Positions 10,765 to 24,027 of a stretch of DNA of 56,853 bases are shown here, in pieces; position 1 is the first letter of the stretch, and each line of letters opens with the position of its first letter. The notes beneath the pieces were generated by a model, which saw nothing but the letters and a program-made list of their open reading frames with translations, had not been told where the DNA came from and did no database searches. A program made the position numbers and the translations under genes. Source of the stretch: Spirogloea muscicola (lineage: Eukaryota); assembly GCA_009602725.1 (NCBI GenBank), contig WELB01000006.1, positions 1,467,552 to 1,524,404 of the forward strand, in the 5' to 3' direction.

Positions 10765-13700
10765 TCAGCACTGGGGCTCAAGAGGTGTGTAGACAGAGGG
10801 ATCAAGCAGAGCCGCTGGCATGATGCAGCCAGGTGGGCTGTTGCTGGAGGAGCTGTCTCCGTAGGCCTGCCAGCATTTGGATGTGACAGACGTGTAATGG
10901 CTGGTGGTATCGAGCGTGATGTCGACAGCAATAATGCTCACGTTGACACACGGGTCTGCAGTGAATCAACCCAGAGTGGTGCAAAAAGCATGGAATGAGT
11001 TGCTCAATACTTCTTGCTGATGTGAGATGAAGAGATCATGAACACTGGCGACTCGAGCAGAGAGTAGTGACTCAAGCTGTAATTCTTCAGTCTGCAACAA
11101 TTAATGTCCTCTGATTTGCTTGCCAGGCAAGCACGCTTCCATCAGCACTTGCAGCTCGTAGACTCACTTGTGTCGCTGCACAATATTGAAACAGCTGTGC
11201 CAGTAGAGGTCGTGCCCGTGATGTCCTGGAACACAATATTGCTGACCTGCAGACAGCATAACATGGGGGATTGCTTGACAATGCATTACAATCACAAACA
11301 GCTGACGTCTTGTCCTTACTGAGAAGGGTGTTAAGGGTACAGCAACTAACCAAAGCTGAAGATGGACTTGCTAAATGTGTACTGCAGTTTCTACAACCGG
11401 CAATTCGGTACCTGCACTGCATCTGTAGCATTCTTGCACGACAAGTCGCACATTTTGTCGCAGTAGAACTGGTCAATGACGACTGGGAGAGCCACGGCCA
11501 CCATTGTCAGCTGACTGAAGGTGATGTCATGGACACTGCCCTGCCCACCCTGCTTGACATGCAGCCACCATATTGACTGTCAAATGAGATTTCAATGTTA
11601 TGCTTCTTCCTCGCTTCCGATCCTGCTAACCAGGCACATCCCGCTCTCATTGGCCCCTGTCTGCAATGATGTGATCTCAGGTATGATTAAAGAGGCAGGA
11701 GTCATGCAACCTCACCTGCCAGCTCTTGATTCGGGCACCATTGCTGGTGCCCACGAATGTGATTGCCTTCACAGTTATGTTGCTAACGCAGGAGTAGTCT
11801 CCGCCCCTGCCTAGACTTCCAATGCTGCATCACAATTGTGCATATTACTGCTATAAGCACACCACCAGGTCGAGCTTCCAACATGGGACGAGGCTTACTG
11901 GTTCAAGCCCATAATGCTCTCGATAGCCAACAAAGCCTCATATAGTCGAGCCTCACTTCACCTGATGCCGTGCCCAGGGCCACAGTGTGAGTCTTGCACA
12001 AGCACTCCAGTTGTGCCGTTCTGGATGGAGACACAGTCATCTCCAACTCCGATGTTGCAGTTCTGGATCACCACGTTCTGTGACCTCTGGAGATGTATAC
12101 CATCAGTGTTGGGGCTGCATGTCCAGTATTGTGGTAGAAAATGTGCCAGTAGGGATTAGTGATGAGGAGATAGTTGTGCTTCTGAGCCCAATGAGGTACT
12201 TGTATGAGGCTGCTTTAAGTCTGTTTACAAAAGCCCCAAGCTCTCTAGTCGTTGTCTTTCCTGCATGATGTAGTTTGAGTTGGCAATGTGGCCAGCAGCT
12301 ACACTTGAGTGCCTAATGGCATGCTCTGTCAGTACCTATCGGCTGGAGCAAGGACCGTAATGCCATCAACAAGAACCCCTGAGCAGTGGTCGATGACGAG
12401 GTGGAAGAGTGGGCTATTTTGTATCGTCACGCCCGTCACTTCCACATTGTGGCAGCCATAGATGTAGATGAGCTGGTGACATCAGGAGGCACAACACGAG
12501 GACCCACCATTAGGACGTGATTGACCAGGCTTGCATGCTCAGACATTCATTCGACAGGCTGTTTGATCTTTCTAACATCTTTCGTTTTCCACTTCTTTGA
12601 GCTTTCATATCCTGGGACGAATGTGCTGCTACTTACAGAGTAGCAACTTGGTAAAGCAGGCACTTGCCTTGATATCCTGTGTGTACCCCAGCTGGTTCTT
12701 CCCACACGTGACCAATTTCCGGCCCTTGCTTGGGTCGCTGCCATCCCAAAACACGGAGCCTCTGCCGTCGATCACCCCGCCACCCTGTTCATTTGAAGGA
12801 AACTGCTGGTAACAAAGACAATAGGACCAGACCAGCCCATGCCCAGGTGACTGACTCTTCTGTTATACTTTCGCTGTCAGAAGACCAATTTCTGAATAGA
12901 ATCGAAATGCAACAGGAGAATCCAAAGGCCTTTGAAGTTACTGAGAATCTCAAAATGTGTACTCAAGGATGAAGTCTAGCTCTCTCGTTGATGGGTCATG
13001 TTCAGCGTTCTCAATACTCAGCCGCGCAGTTATGCAGCCCAATGCATGCCAACCTTGATAGACAAGTTGTCGATGCTCTGGAACAGCAGCCAATACTGTG
13101 TCAGCGGGTACGGCCAGCTCGACATGGTCGGTGGGGCCACAATAGCGCCGTCGACCTGCAATGCTCGATGAAGTGCAGAGAAGGTAAGGTCAGACACACG
13201 GCCAAAGTGGAGAAGGAGATGCTAAGTAGCAGTTTACTTATTTGCGCAGGACTTCAGCACCTACCCAGAAGGTGATGGGCCCCATGCAGGGCCCGGCTGC
13301 AATGATGGGCTTCATCTCGAAGATGAGGCCAGGGGGAACATACACAGTCCCTCCGCCGGCGGAGCTGAGACAGCACAAAACAAGGAGCAGGAACAACCGC
13401 GAGCCAAACACGTGGCCAGTCAAGGTCCACTTGTGTGGGCCTTTGTGAGCACGTAAGACATGCAATGCCTATGGTCCGAAGTAGACCTCCATGCAGCAAT
13501 GCAGACGCAACTTCGGCCGAGCCCTCCCAGTCAGCGTGACTCTATGACTACCAACCCTGCCTCTATAATCTGTTTATCACAGTATAAATCTCCAATCGGC
13601 TGGAACGGCATTGCTAGCTCCCTGAGGTTTCTCTCATTGTCTGTCTCTGTTGTCGAAATTCCGGATAGCCAAAGGCTATCTTAGCTGCAGCATCTTGAAA

Positions 13701-14805
13701 GTCCTCACAGTCTCGCGCATCTTCGGAGCTAGTGCATGCATTGTGTGGCGCAACCAGAGGTCGCGTGAGGAGTTGCACGAGGAGCGCGTGTGAGGGCTGC
13801 TCACACCACAGCGCTCCCCTGGCTGAGCCCCTTGTCAACTTGCGTTGAGTCAGGGCATATCACCTGCACGCGTGCGAGAAGGCGGCACTGAAAGCGGCCG
13901 AGGCGTCCGTGGCGCCGTCGCCAATGGCCCCGAACGAGAGCACGCTGAAAGCTGGGCCCCGCGATCCGGTGGGGGTCGGCGCGCTGCCGACCGCTGGAAC
14001 CGGAGGAGCTGGAGGTGGGGGGAGGAGAGCGGCAGCCATGGGAGGTGGGTATGGCGGCAAGGCAGGCGGAGGGGGGCTCGGAGGCTGGACAGCCACAGGA
14101 GGGCTGAGCTGCGGAACAGGGGGTGGAGGGAAGGNNNNNNNNNNNNNNNNNNNNNNNNNNNNNNNNNNNNNNNNNNNNNNNNNNNNNNNNNNNNGGGGGC
14201 AACGTGGACGGCGGCGGCGGAGTCAGCGGCGGCGACGGCAATGGCGGCGGCGGCGGCGGCGAGGAGGCCGGAGCTGTGGTGGCGGTAGCCGCGGGCTTCC
14301 TCTTGCCGACGCGGTGGCGAGCCCACTGGACGTGGTGCCCCGGCTGCACGCCCGTCTCCGGTGACGGCGGGTGGTGGCCGTGCGGCACCCCCGGGCTGAA
14401 CAGGTACTTGCCCAGCTTCACCTGTAGCGCCGCGCAGGAGCCGCCGCCGGCAACGACAGTATATGAGGGCCCCAAGGCCAGCGAATTTGTATGATTCAGA
14501 ACAATTTTCTGCAAATAACGCAAAGACAGCTCCCTAGACAGAGAACGTGAGTGATGTCTGTCTTGTCGGGGAGGACGGGCGAGCGCCAATGTAAGACCAG
14601 CCGCGCCGCTTCAGCTTCGCACCTGCCGGGCGCGGGCGCTCGCAGTAAGCTCTTCTAGGAGGTCCCTCTGCCAGCGGGCTCTTCCGGCACCGCCCCGTGC
14701 CTTTGGAGCCTGCGGTATGCCGTCCGCCGCCAGCGCGCACGCTGCGACGGCGGCGAGAGCGACGAAAAGGCACCACAAGCCGCCGCTGACCCAGATGACG
14801 GCCAT
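10765..14805 (-). CDS. Polygalacturonase (glycoside hydrolase family 28) with signal peptide and Pro-rich N-terminal region
   Basis: Hydrophobic N-terminus [40 protein letters not shown]28 motifs [34 protein letters not shown]-terminal CWQAYG. Stop at 10765-10767. Exon 2 spans an N gap. Confidence 0.92.
14135..14194. other. Assembly gap (60 N) inside Pro-rich exon
   Basis: Run of N. Confidence 1.
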
Positions 14806-15724
14806 GGCGTGCCAGGCACCGAGGGTTGCGCTTTCCTGGCCGACCAAAGTTCCTCTTACTGTTGCTGCTGCTGCTGCTCGGGCCCGCCGCTCTGGCTCTG
14901 CCGCCGCTCCGGCGAGGACCGGCTGCCGCAGCGGTTGCAGGCGTCGAGGCCGGAGGCTGAGGTGGGCTGTGGGCAGCGGAGGAGTGGCACTGGGCTGGGG
15001 CGGCGAGAGAGGGCGGGAGCTTGCGCAGCGGCGGGTCTCGTCCTCCTGTCAGCCGGGCGTCCCACTGCTGGCTCGGGCCTCACCAGAGCGCCCTGCTCGC
15101 CTGGCCTGTGGCTCCCCCGCTCCTACAATCATAGACTCACCCCTGTAGGCTTACTCGTGGGGACTGAGGTGAGGCCCCAGCAACGTTGTGGTCTTTCTCG
15201 GTCTGCAACCTCAGCCCCTGCTGGATGAATCTCTTCCCACGCACGCCGTGCCGGCTGGCTCTGGCGTCCCTCTGAGGCCACGCGCAACCCCCGGACGTGC
15301 ATCCATCTGTCGCCGTGCTTGCTCTTCTTGTACGTGGTCCTTCGTATGCACACTCCGTGTCGCCGTCGTCATGGCAGAGCCACCTTCCTGTCGGCTCGCT
15401 GGGCACCCACCCGGTTTCGGGCATCAGATGCTGGTTTTCCTGATCCGAAGCTCAGCAGCCCCGCCCGCCTGCAAGATCTTGAGGGCCCGGCCGGGGCGCC
15501 GGGCCGGGCGGCGTGCACTGCGGCGGGCGCGCCGCGTGGAGCCACGCTCCCTGCACGTGCGACTGGCTGGCACCTGCGTCCGCAAACGACAAGCTTCCGG
15601 GCGACTCCGCCTTTGTCGGAGGGAGGTGGGAGTGACGGAGGGGCCCCTCATTCGTTTCCATCGCTAGAAAAAACGCGCTAGATAAAACAGCTCTTACTTT
15701 GAGGCACTCAAGGCATCAAGTACG

Positions 15725-16150
15725 GAGGAAGACTCCGCCAGTAGAGGGCGATGGCTGTGATTGGCCGGCCCAGGAATAAATTTGAACAGCACTGAAAGCG
15801 GCCGGAAAAGCATTGAAGCCTACAGCAACTTAAGTGCCATCGGTCTGGCCTCTGACGGCCGTTGCCTTACATTGGAAGAATCTTCGTGTTTTTGAAACAA
15901 ACGACGGCCAAATGGCCAAGTACGAAGGCAAGCACATCTAGAGGCGTACATCATCGACAGCAGATTGACCCGCTCAATAACCACGGGTCAATACATAAAG
16001 GTCGCTGACTGATGCCTGGATACTGGATGGCAGATACGAAGCCCTTCTGCCACCAACTAGAGCTCGTCCAGCTTTCTGGTGCAAAGCATTAGCCTGAGCA
16101 CGCTGCAAACAGGCCGAAACGCGTCGTCGCAAGAACGACAGTTGCAGCTG
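15725..16150 (-). mobile_element. 3' end of family A-related element followed by family G 3' tip
   Basis: LSFLRRRVSACLQRAQANALHQKAGRAL..SDLYVLTRGY-stop (15974) closely resembles 28975-29145. The 15739-15772 module matches 497-531 and 27245-27276. Confidence 0.85.
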
Positions 16151-16306
16151 GCAGGCCCATCTCAGTCGGAAACACAAAAAAGAGCTGTTTTGGCGGACCT
16201 GCGACCATGCACTCTGGCTTGAAACCATTTCATCAAAACCCTGACATGTCTGCTGTACTCCGCCAGAGACACTCCGCTGCATCTTGTCTGCTACACTCTT
16301 CCGAGG

Positions 16307-16360
16307 TCCTCTTTCTTGGGCTGGCCTTCGACAACCACCTTCTGGGAAGCACTTCCTCTC
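16307..16360 (+). mobile_element. Degenerate 3'-tip-only retrotransposon insertion
   Basis: GGGCTGGC..GCACTTCCTC tip flanked by CCGAGG at 16301-16306 and 16361-16366. Confidence 0.55.
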
Positions 16361-17114
16361 CCGAGGCCTGGAATTGAAGCGACACGGCCTCGGCCAGTTG
16401 TGGAGCCAGCTTGCTGCAGCGGCGGGCTGTGCTCGTTTGAGTCATGTGGGGTGGGGTGAGGCGACGCTTTGAGACCTTGGCAGGCATGCATGCGTGCTTG
16501 AGAGAAGGTGCAGGCAGCCACCTACACCTCCGTCAGCTGCTGCACCTGCTCGGCCAGGAAATCAATGACGAAGTGACAGGGACCACTTACTGGATGTGAA
16601 GAACATCACATCCAAACTGGTGGGTGACGAAGATAGACACACATGCAACACAGCAGCTCCAGGGAATCTTTGTCATGTAGCCGCACCTCACCAAAGTGGC
16701 TGATCAAGAGACCTTGCAGGGCGTGAAGCACGGGTAGATGAACTGACTATCCTCCTACTCTTGAACATTGGCTTCTCTGTACATGAGCATGCCTGTAGAG
16801 AACCTCGCCCTACAGACGCAGTTAGGGTGAAGAGTCCTTATTGAGTTCGGCTGTAGGGGGTTTTGGGACCAACCCACTACACAGGAAAGCACTAGCACAT
16901 CAGCGCAGCGGAAGATAGGCCCTGTGGCGCCGCCGTCCGGCGGCGACTCCACCTCCTGCGCGCAGGCCGGCGCAGCAGGCCCCGCAGCAGAGTACGAGCG
17001 GCGGCTGTGGCGGCGAGCAGTGGCAAGGCTGCTCCTGGGCTTCCCGGGTTCGGACTCCTGTCGAGCCTCAGCCCCAAGGCTCCTAGTGTTTCCCCGTGCC
17101 ACCCCTCCTCCAGG

Positions 17115-17376
17115 AAAGAAATGCGGCTGCTGACATCAAAGAATCGGCTGTAAACTGTCAGCCAGATGCATGTTCATGACGGAGCCAAAGCTAAAGGCTA
17201 GGCAGACAGGGCGCCCTCGATACCCCCGTGTCAGCAGTAGGAAGTCAGATGAGCTGAGGGGAGGAAGAGCAACCCCGCTGCGCAAACCAGAGGCTGCTGC
17301 AAGGGCGCGACCAGCCCGGCGATGCAAAGCAATCGCCTGGGACCGCCGCCGGGTGGTCCTCGTACTTGTGCAACAG
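17115..17376 (-). mobile_element. Family C RLE retrotransposon 3' fragment
   Basis: SQAIALHRRAGRALAAASG..SDFLLLTRGY plus a 3' UTR shared with 23762-23832 and 56697-56810. Possible TSD TCCAGG at 17109-17114 and 17377-17382. Confidence 0.75.
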
Positions 17377-18054
17377 TCCAGGGGTGGGAGCGGGTCGCCC
17401 CATGGGCCCGCCTTGCGGCAGGCCAAAAGGTCCTCGCTTGAACGGGCGGATCCTGGCGAGGGGTAGTTCAGGACGAGCGGGGCGGGGCCTCTGGGCGGGG
17501 CACTTGCCCGGCCAGCCAGCCCGCCACCTGGCGGGCCACTTGGCCCCAAACAGTCGGTCATGTATTGGCGACAGAGCCGTGTGGCTTAACCAAATGGCCG
17601 GTTCATTACAATGCCCCTTTGAAGGCCACATTACTGGTGGAGGGGTAGTCCTCAGTGGTCGACTGCTTTCTGTTGCTGTCAGCAGCCTGGGTGTGGCTGC
17701 AACAACAGAACATTATCCTAAGCGCGTGGCAAGCGTCCAGAGCAAGGTGGCTTTCTCACTTCAATGTCTCCAATGCAAGCATCCTTTGTCAATTCAACTG
17801 ACTTGCTCAAATGTTGTGCCAAGCTCACATCACAACACAATGCACAGAGCTGCGTATCATGATGTAAGGAGCCTCCTCCTGCGCAATCCTGGCTTGAATG
17901 TAGCTAAAAGTTGGACTACCACACAGCGCAGCTGATCACACAGCAACCTAGGGGAGCGAGCGAAGTGAGGGGCGTGGTGCCTGCGCAGCCAGTGTATCCC
18001 CCTAAGCCCTCATCGAGATCTGCCTAGAACATGCTCCATCTAGAAGTCTCCAAC

Positions 18055-21000
18055 TTAGTCGTCGAACGTTGTCCTCTTGCCTGTGTAAAGTACCCAGCAA
18101 ACACAAAGTAGCAGGAAGTCAGCCTCTTTTCACCAACTAGCAGTACAGATACAATGGAGAAGGTAACTTACTGGTAACTTACCAGTACTAACTGTTGATG
18201 ACTCATCCAGGTCCTGGTGATGCATGAGACTAAGATAATTGCACCATGCATGTGGAATTGGTTGCAATCAGTTGCAATCAGACATTGACTAAACGACAGC
18301 CACAACTGGGTTACTGCTGCTAGTCCTCCGAGCCAACGTCAGCAGTATAGCGTCGATGAATGTGATCTGCTCATGTACCTGTCCCCGAGGCAGCAAGATT
18401 GACCTTGGCACGAGAGCCACCACCCCGGCCGCCGCCACGGCTCCCCCCCCGGCCTCCACGGTCGCCGCCCCTGCCTCCACGTAACCCGCCCCTGCCTGCA
18501 AGCAACATCCCTGAGGTAAGCGCATATTTTGCAAGCACAAGGATGATTGAGGTCACAGGCACTCGCACCCGCTACTACAGGGGTTACACAAACTTGCTTA
18601 CAGCAAAAGTTTGTAGGTACATAATCACAACCAGACAAGCTCCATACAAAGCTGTTCCGACTAGATCAAATTCATGCAGTCAGCGGAGGTGAGGCTGCAT
18701 TTACCTCCACGGTCGTATCCGCCTCCTCCACCACGTCCACCGCCCCTTCCTCCCCCTCTACCTCCCCCTCTGCCACCAAAGCCGCCACCTCCTCCCCCAC
18801 CACCACCTCCACCACTGGAATTCGCGTCTACTACCAAGCTCCTGCCTCCACACTCAATTCCGTTGAGATCCCCAGCCTTTGCTAAGCTGTCCTCTGAGTC
18901 AAACTCCACGAACGCGAATCTATGGCAAGAACAAAACAACGTATATGAGACGAGCTTGCTGATGGAAGAGCATGAAAACATTCTCATGGAGTCAATCATG
19001 AAGTGCACAGTTGCATCCGTGTCGGACGATGACAACAGATAGATTGGCCCAGGCACAGAGCTCAACAAAATGGAGCTGAATTCACCCCTTAATCTGGCCT
19101 GTCTCCCTGTCAGTTGGAATGCGAACGTTTGTCACATTTCCGCACTCGGCAAATACATCTGTCAGCTGTTGCCGAATCTGCAGGCAGGACATGAAGTGGT
19201 GCTCCGAGAAGAGCATCAATTTCCTGATGAATATGACTAATTTTGTTGCGAAGCATTGATCGCGTCAAATAATGTGCCACCCGTTTCTTATGTGGACAGA
19301 TGCTTGTCCTTTAGCCCCAACCTCTAGGAGATATAAATGTGCGCAGACTTACGGTGTCTTCGTCAGCGTCACGATTGAAGTTCTTAACAAATACACTCGG
19401 GCCGCGGTCACTACGGGGTGCGCTGTAATCGCTGCCACCGCCACCTCCTCTGCGAGAACCAAACAACGCCTTACAGCTTCAGATTTTTGCGAGCAACTTT
19501 AGAATACAAAAGACGAGTGTTGAAAACTGACACCCCTAAACAACCAATTGGCATCCTTGGCTCAGCAGTTCCTGCTTAAGCTTTTTCTATTCAGATGTAA
19601 GCTCCTTAAGAAAGGGCGAGGGCTGTGAAAAGCCAGACCGAAAAGAATGGCAAGGTCCAAAGCAGCCCTGCCTACTGAGCAAGACACATTTAAGAACGAC
19701 TAATACAAGCTTGTGTTGAATGAGTAAAAAAAAAAGAGCAAACCGGCAAGTGGTCCATACCACTGCTTGTCCTGTACACGAGCAATAGCTTCCGGGCCTT
19801 GAGACTATGATGAGTCAGATATGGTGAGTCAACGTGCTCACCCACGGCCTCCGCTTGGCGGCGTTCTAGCTTCATCCCTGCTGCCACGCTCCCTGGCAAT
19901 GTCGCAGTAGATATCCCGCCCAAGAAGATTTTGTCCACTTTTTGCTAGTGCCTTCGTCAGAGCAAGCAATAAGTGTGAGAATTACTAGAAGCAGCACTGA
20001 GGCAGCCACAGTCCTAGAAGCATCCAGCATTGGCCCTCTTGAAAATTGCTCAATGCTGCAGCAGAGTCCATTGCAATCCTGTATTTTGGGTAAACATCAG
20101 CTATGGTTGTGTGATTTTGAAGACAAGTGTGATCTGGCACCTGAGATGCTACTACTAAATATGGGCAAGGCCAACCTTCTTCGCGGCTGCAGGAGTGGCA
20201 AACTCCACGTGTCCAAAGCCCCTGGACCGACCATCCTCGCCCATAGCAATCCGCACATCTGCCACTTCTCCACAGTCCTTGAAGAACTCGTAGCTGCAAG
20301 ATTCATCGATGACATTGGTAGTGGTCTGTATAAGTGTATTGAGCTGCTACAAGAGATTCAGAAACACTCAGTAAATTTTCATCCGTAGTGCTGCTAATAT
20401 TGGACATCATTAAGCTGTAGCACTAAGTTGGCACTGTCACAGGACCCAAAAGAAGAGCAAACCGCCTCACATGCTATCATTATCGACCGCCCAGGCCAGG
20501 TTCTTCACAAACAACGTGGAGCTTCCGCCAGTGTCAACCTCGTCCTTTGCCTGTGCCTGCTTTTGCACAGCAGGCGACTGCAGCAGCAGCCGACAAAAAG
20601 CAGCACAGTATCAATGCTCCCTGATCTGCTTGTGACAACTGGCATGCCGTAAAAGCTGCGCATCAGCAGGAGCAGCCTGAGCATCTCCAAAAGGGAAAAC
20701 TTGCAATTGCATTCTGGATATGCAATATGCCCGCTAAGTTCTTTCACACCTCCTTCTGCTTCTTAGATGGAGGAGCCTTTGGCTTGAGCTCCTCGTCCTC
20801 CTCATCATCATCCTCCTCCTCATCATTGTCCTCCTCGTCCTCATCGTCGTCCTCCTCCTCCTTTGCCGCTGCTCCAACCCCCGGCTTCCCGGCTGCTTTG
20901 GAGGCAGGCTTGCCCTTTGCGGGTTCTTCTTCCTCATCGTCATCATCATCTTCCTCGTCCTCGTCGTCCTCCTCGTCCTCCTCGTCCTCGTCGTCATCCT

Positions 21001-23280
21001 CGTCGTCATCAGTGGCCTTCTTAGCTGGAGCAGGCTTCGCAGCAGCCTTGCCAGGCGGCTTTCCTGCTGCCTCGTCCTCGTCTTCATCATCATCGTCGTC
21101 CTCATCGTCATCCTCGTCGTCGTCCTCGTCGTCATCCTCGTCGTCGTCCACCTTCGCCTGCACCGGCTTGGCAGCCGCCTTGACTGCGGCTGCCTTCGGC
21201 TTCTCCTCCTCTTCGTCATCCTCATCGTCGTCATCATCCTCCTCGTCATCATCATCATCCTCGTCGTCGTCCTCTTCCTCGTCCTCCTTCTTTGCAGCAG
21301 CAGGCTTAGCTGGAGTCTGACAGAAAATTGATTTGTCCACATCAGATTCTCCCCAACTGCCCAAATCCACTTCAGATGAGTCAAAGGTAAATCCTCTCAT
21401 CTGCAGGACATGGCCTAAGTGGTCGTCCTGAGATGCTAAAGTGGCCGTCAAGAGATTCCTTTCTGAGAGAGTCCACTTCTCCAATAGTACAAAATTGATT
21501 CTAAATGCCAAGCACAGCAGGATCCAGCCGCCAGCTATGGAGTAGGTCAAGACGTGGCATACTACCTTCATCTTCTGGTCCCCATCTTCGTCCTCCTCAT
21601 CGTCGTCTTCATCCTCATCATCGTCTTCATCATCGTCATCATCATCCTCCTCCTCCTCATCCTTCGCCGCCACCTTGGTTGCAGGCTTACCAGCCGGCTG
21701 CAAACAAGCAGAGCTCACCTGGATGAGCGAGCTGCAAGCTGACACGTGCTAGAATCACCTCAATCCCAACCTTCGTAAGTCACAAGCTGAAGTAGTGAAT
21801 TAAGAGACCTCGCTGAATGGATTAATCAAATGGCTGATGGAAATTGGCACCCATTGTAAAGGTGAAATATTGCAGGTGCCCTCTGCCCTAGCATCAACAA
21901 AAATCAGAGGTCAATAAGCGCAAGCTGACCTTCACCTCCTCGTTCTCCTCGTCCTCCTCGTCCTCCTCGTCATCATCGTCGTCATCCTCCTCGTCAACCT
22001 TTGCCGGGGGCTTTGATGCTGGCTTGCCAGCTTGCTTAGCTGCTGCAGCGGGCTTGGCCTGCACAGCAGGCTTTGCTGGGGGAGCTGCCTTAGCTACCTC
22101 CTTCCCCTTGGCGGCGCCCTTGGTGGAGCCATTCACCGCTGGTGCCTGCAATACATATTAAAGATGATGCCTGTAAAGTGCAGCACTGCAGCTCTGCAAA
22201 GGGGCTACCTGAAGCAAAACAATGAATGACGAGCGAGTGACAGCAACTAATGATCAAATTCTTGATTTGACGTAATAAGTTGATCGGGACATGTCCAAGT
22301 TTTATCAGGAAGCATGATATATGGGAGATAAGTACTACCTTGGCATTTGCAGGCTTTGTCGCCGGCGCAGCCGGCTTGTCCGCCGCAGTCTTCTTGGCAG
22401 GGGTCGTAAGCTTGGTGGGCGGAGGGGTTTTGCTTGATTTGGCAGCTGCGCTCGATTTGCTGGCGTCCCCAGCCTTGGCACCAGCCTGAGGCGCCTTTGC
22501 CGCTGCTGATGCCAGTTTGGCGGCCTCAGCGGACCTGGGCTTCTTGGCCTGCGGGGGAGGCGTGGGGACTGGTTTGGCGGCAGGCTCAGGCGGCGCGGAC
22601 TTTGTCTTCTTCGCAGGCGGCTTCGGAGCTGGAGCCTCGGCCTCACGCTTCGCATCTGCACAGGGCGAACGACAATGGGCCAGTGCTGAGCAAAGCGTCA
22701 GTACCGGCACACCGCAAGGTGAAGTGAGACATGGGAATGGAGCTGCGAGCTCAGTACAAAGGCTCGCGTCTGCATGGCAGGGACATGGAAGCGCCGACAG
22801 GGTGCTTGGCGAGGCGAGAGTGTCGTCTATACACGAAGCTGCAACTTGATCATGAGCCTAGAGCTTGATAGGAAAGAAGGAGGCCTGCGTGCGGCGAGGA
22901 AGGGGCGAGGAGCAGGAGCCTCACCCTTCTTCTTCTCCGCGGCAGCTGGCGAGGCCGCCTGTTGCAGCAGTTGCGAACAGGATGCACCAGGTCAGCCTCA
23001 GGACGGCACGACAGGCTTGTGAAGCTCTACAGGACCCGACCAGGGGGGCGGCCTAAACCCTGGTAGGGCCCACCAAAGCCAAGCCTGCGAAGTGGAGCCG
23101 CCAGGGTGTGCCTACAAGGAAGCATGGCGGCGCAGGCCTGGCTAGACGCGGCGAGCTGGCTTGCTCCGACGGCCGTGGCGGCGGCTGGCCGGGCAGGGGC
23201 CGCAAGCCAGGGTTCAGCGGAGCAGGGACGCGCACCTGCGGCTGCGGCTTCTTCTTGGCAGCCTTGTCGACCTTCGCCAT
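18055..23280 (-). CDS. NUC1: Nucleolin (plant type: Lys/Ala-rich and acidic repeats, 2 RRMs, GAR domain), 14 exons
   Basis: Exons 23280-23236, 22958-22925, 22655-22339, 22145-21930, 21697-21566, 21316-20750, 20556-20471, 20293-20176, 19951-19842, 19449-19353, 19177-19086, 18919-18705, 18495-18379, 18080-18055 are all phase-consistent. RNP motifs LFVKNL/RGFGHVEF and VFVKNF/KGFAFVEF; RGG repeats; C-terminus GKRTTFDD. Confidence 0.95.
19608..19670 (-). mobile_element. Degenerate retrotransposon 3' tip in a nucleolin intron
   Basis: GGGCTGTGAAAAGCCAGACCGAAAAGAAT resembles 2850-2870 and the reverse complement of 4897-4924. Confidence 0.55.
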
Positions 23281-23761
23281 GGCGGCGGCGGGCGCGGGGA
23301 GGCACGAAGTCAGCGGCGGCGGCGACCGCGGCGGCTGCGGCGGCGGCGGCGGCGGCGGTGGTGGCTTTGCTCTGCGAAGAGGCCACGGTCGCTCTCCGCC
23401 GAGAGCAGCGGGCTCCCCTCGGCAGCGCGAGGCCGGAGCCGTGCAGCAGCACAGGTCCCCGTCGGGCCTTGGCAGGGCGAGTCGGCTGTGCGAGACCACA
23501 TCCTCAGACGAAGCCTCAGCGGCCCCTTGGATCAGCTAGGAGGTCGGGGCAGGCTGGCAGCACGAGTCTCCCTGGAAGCTGGAAGCATGTGAGACGCCAA
23601 TGTGGCCCCGAAAGAGGCGGCATCTGGGATTGGCGCACATGTCTCGCTAAGGAACGGCAGGGAGGGGACCTACGGTTGCCCTCGTGGAGACTTCAGGGCA
23701 AATGCAGTGCGGGGGGCTCCACTGCGCTCCTCACCGCGGCAGGGTATGGAAGACAACTGAN

Positions 23762-23832
23762 CATGAACACCTGTATGCATCTGGCTGGCATTTCACAGCC
23801 GACTCTTTCATCTCAGCAGCCGCTTCCTCTTT
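23762..23832 (+). mobile_element. Family C 3' tip in the nucleolin/AVT1 divergent intergenic region
   Basis: CATGAACACCTGTATGCATCTGGCTGGC..CAGCAGCCGC matches the reverse complement of 56700-56766. Begins at a single N. Confidence 0.75.
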
Positions 23833-24027
23833 CCTCTTCAGCAATCCCTCGACCCGACCGTTGGAGCACCCGCGCTTCCCCCCGGCGCCGCCGCCGCCGC
23901 GCCGCTGCGGCCCGCTGCTGCGACAGGCCTGCCTGGCGAGCGCGTCCGCCCGGTGGCGCTGTGGCCGTCGTTGTCGCCGGCCGGATCGGGTGTATCTGTG
24001 AGGTAGCCGGCGAGGCTGCAAGCGGAG

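Noticed and set aside
15717..15928. CAAGTACG[GA]AGG direct repeat 200 bp apart as a TSD
   Set aside because: One copy is part of the family A UTR, and that UTR does not resume after the second copy, so the repeat is ambiguous.
20727..21320. Poly-Ser ORF on the plus strand
   Set aside because: Antisense shadow of the nucleolin acidic repeats.
18081..23235. Possible intronic snoRNAs in nucleolin
   Set aside because: I could not identify convincing C/D boxes with terminal stems or rRNA guides by eye. A snoscan or Infernal search would be needed.
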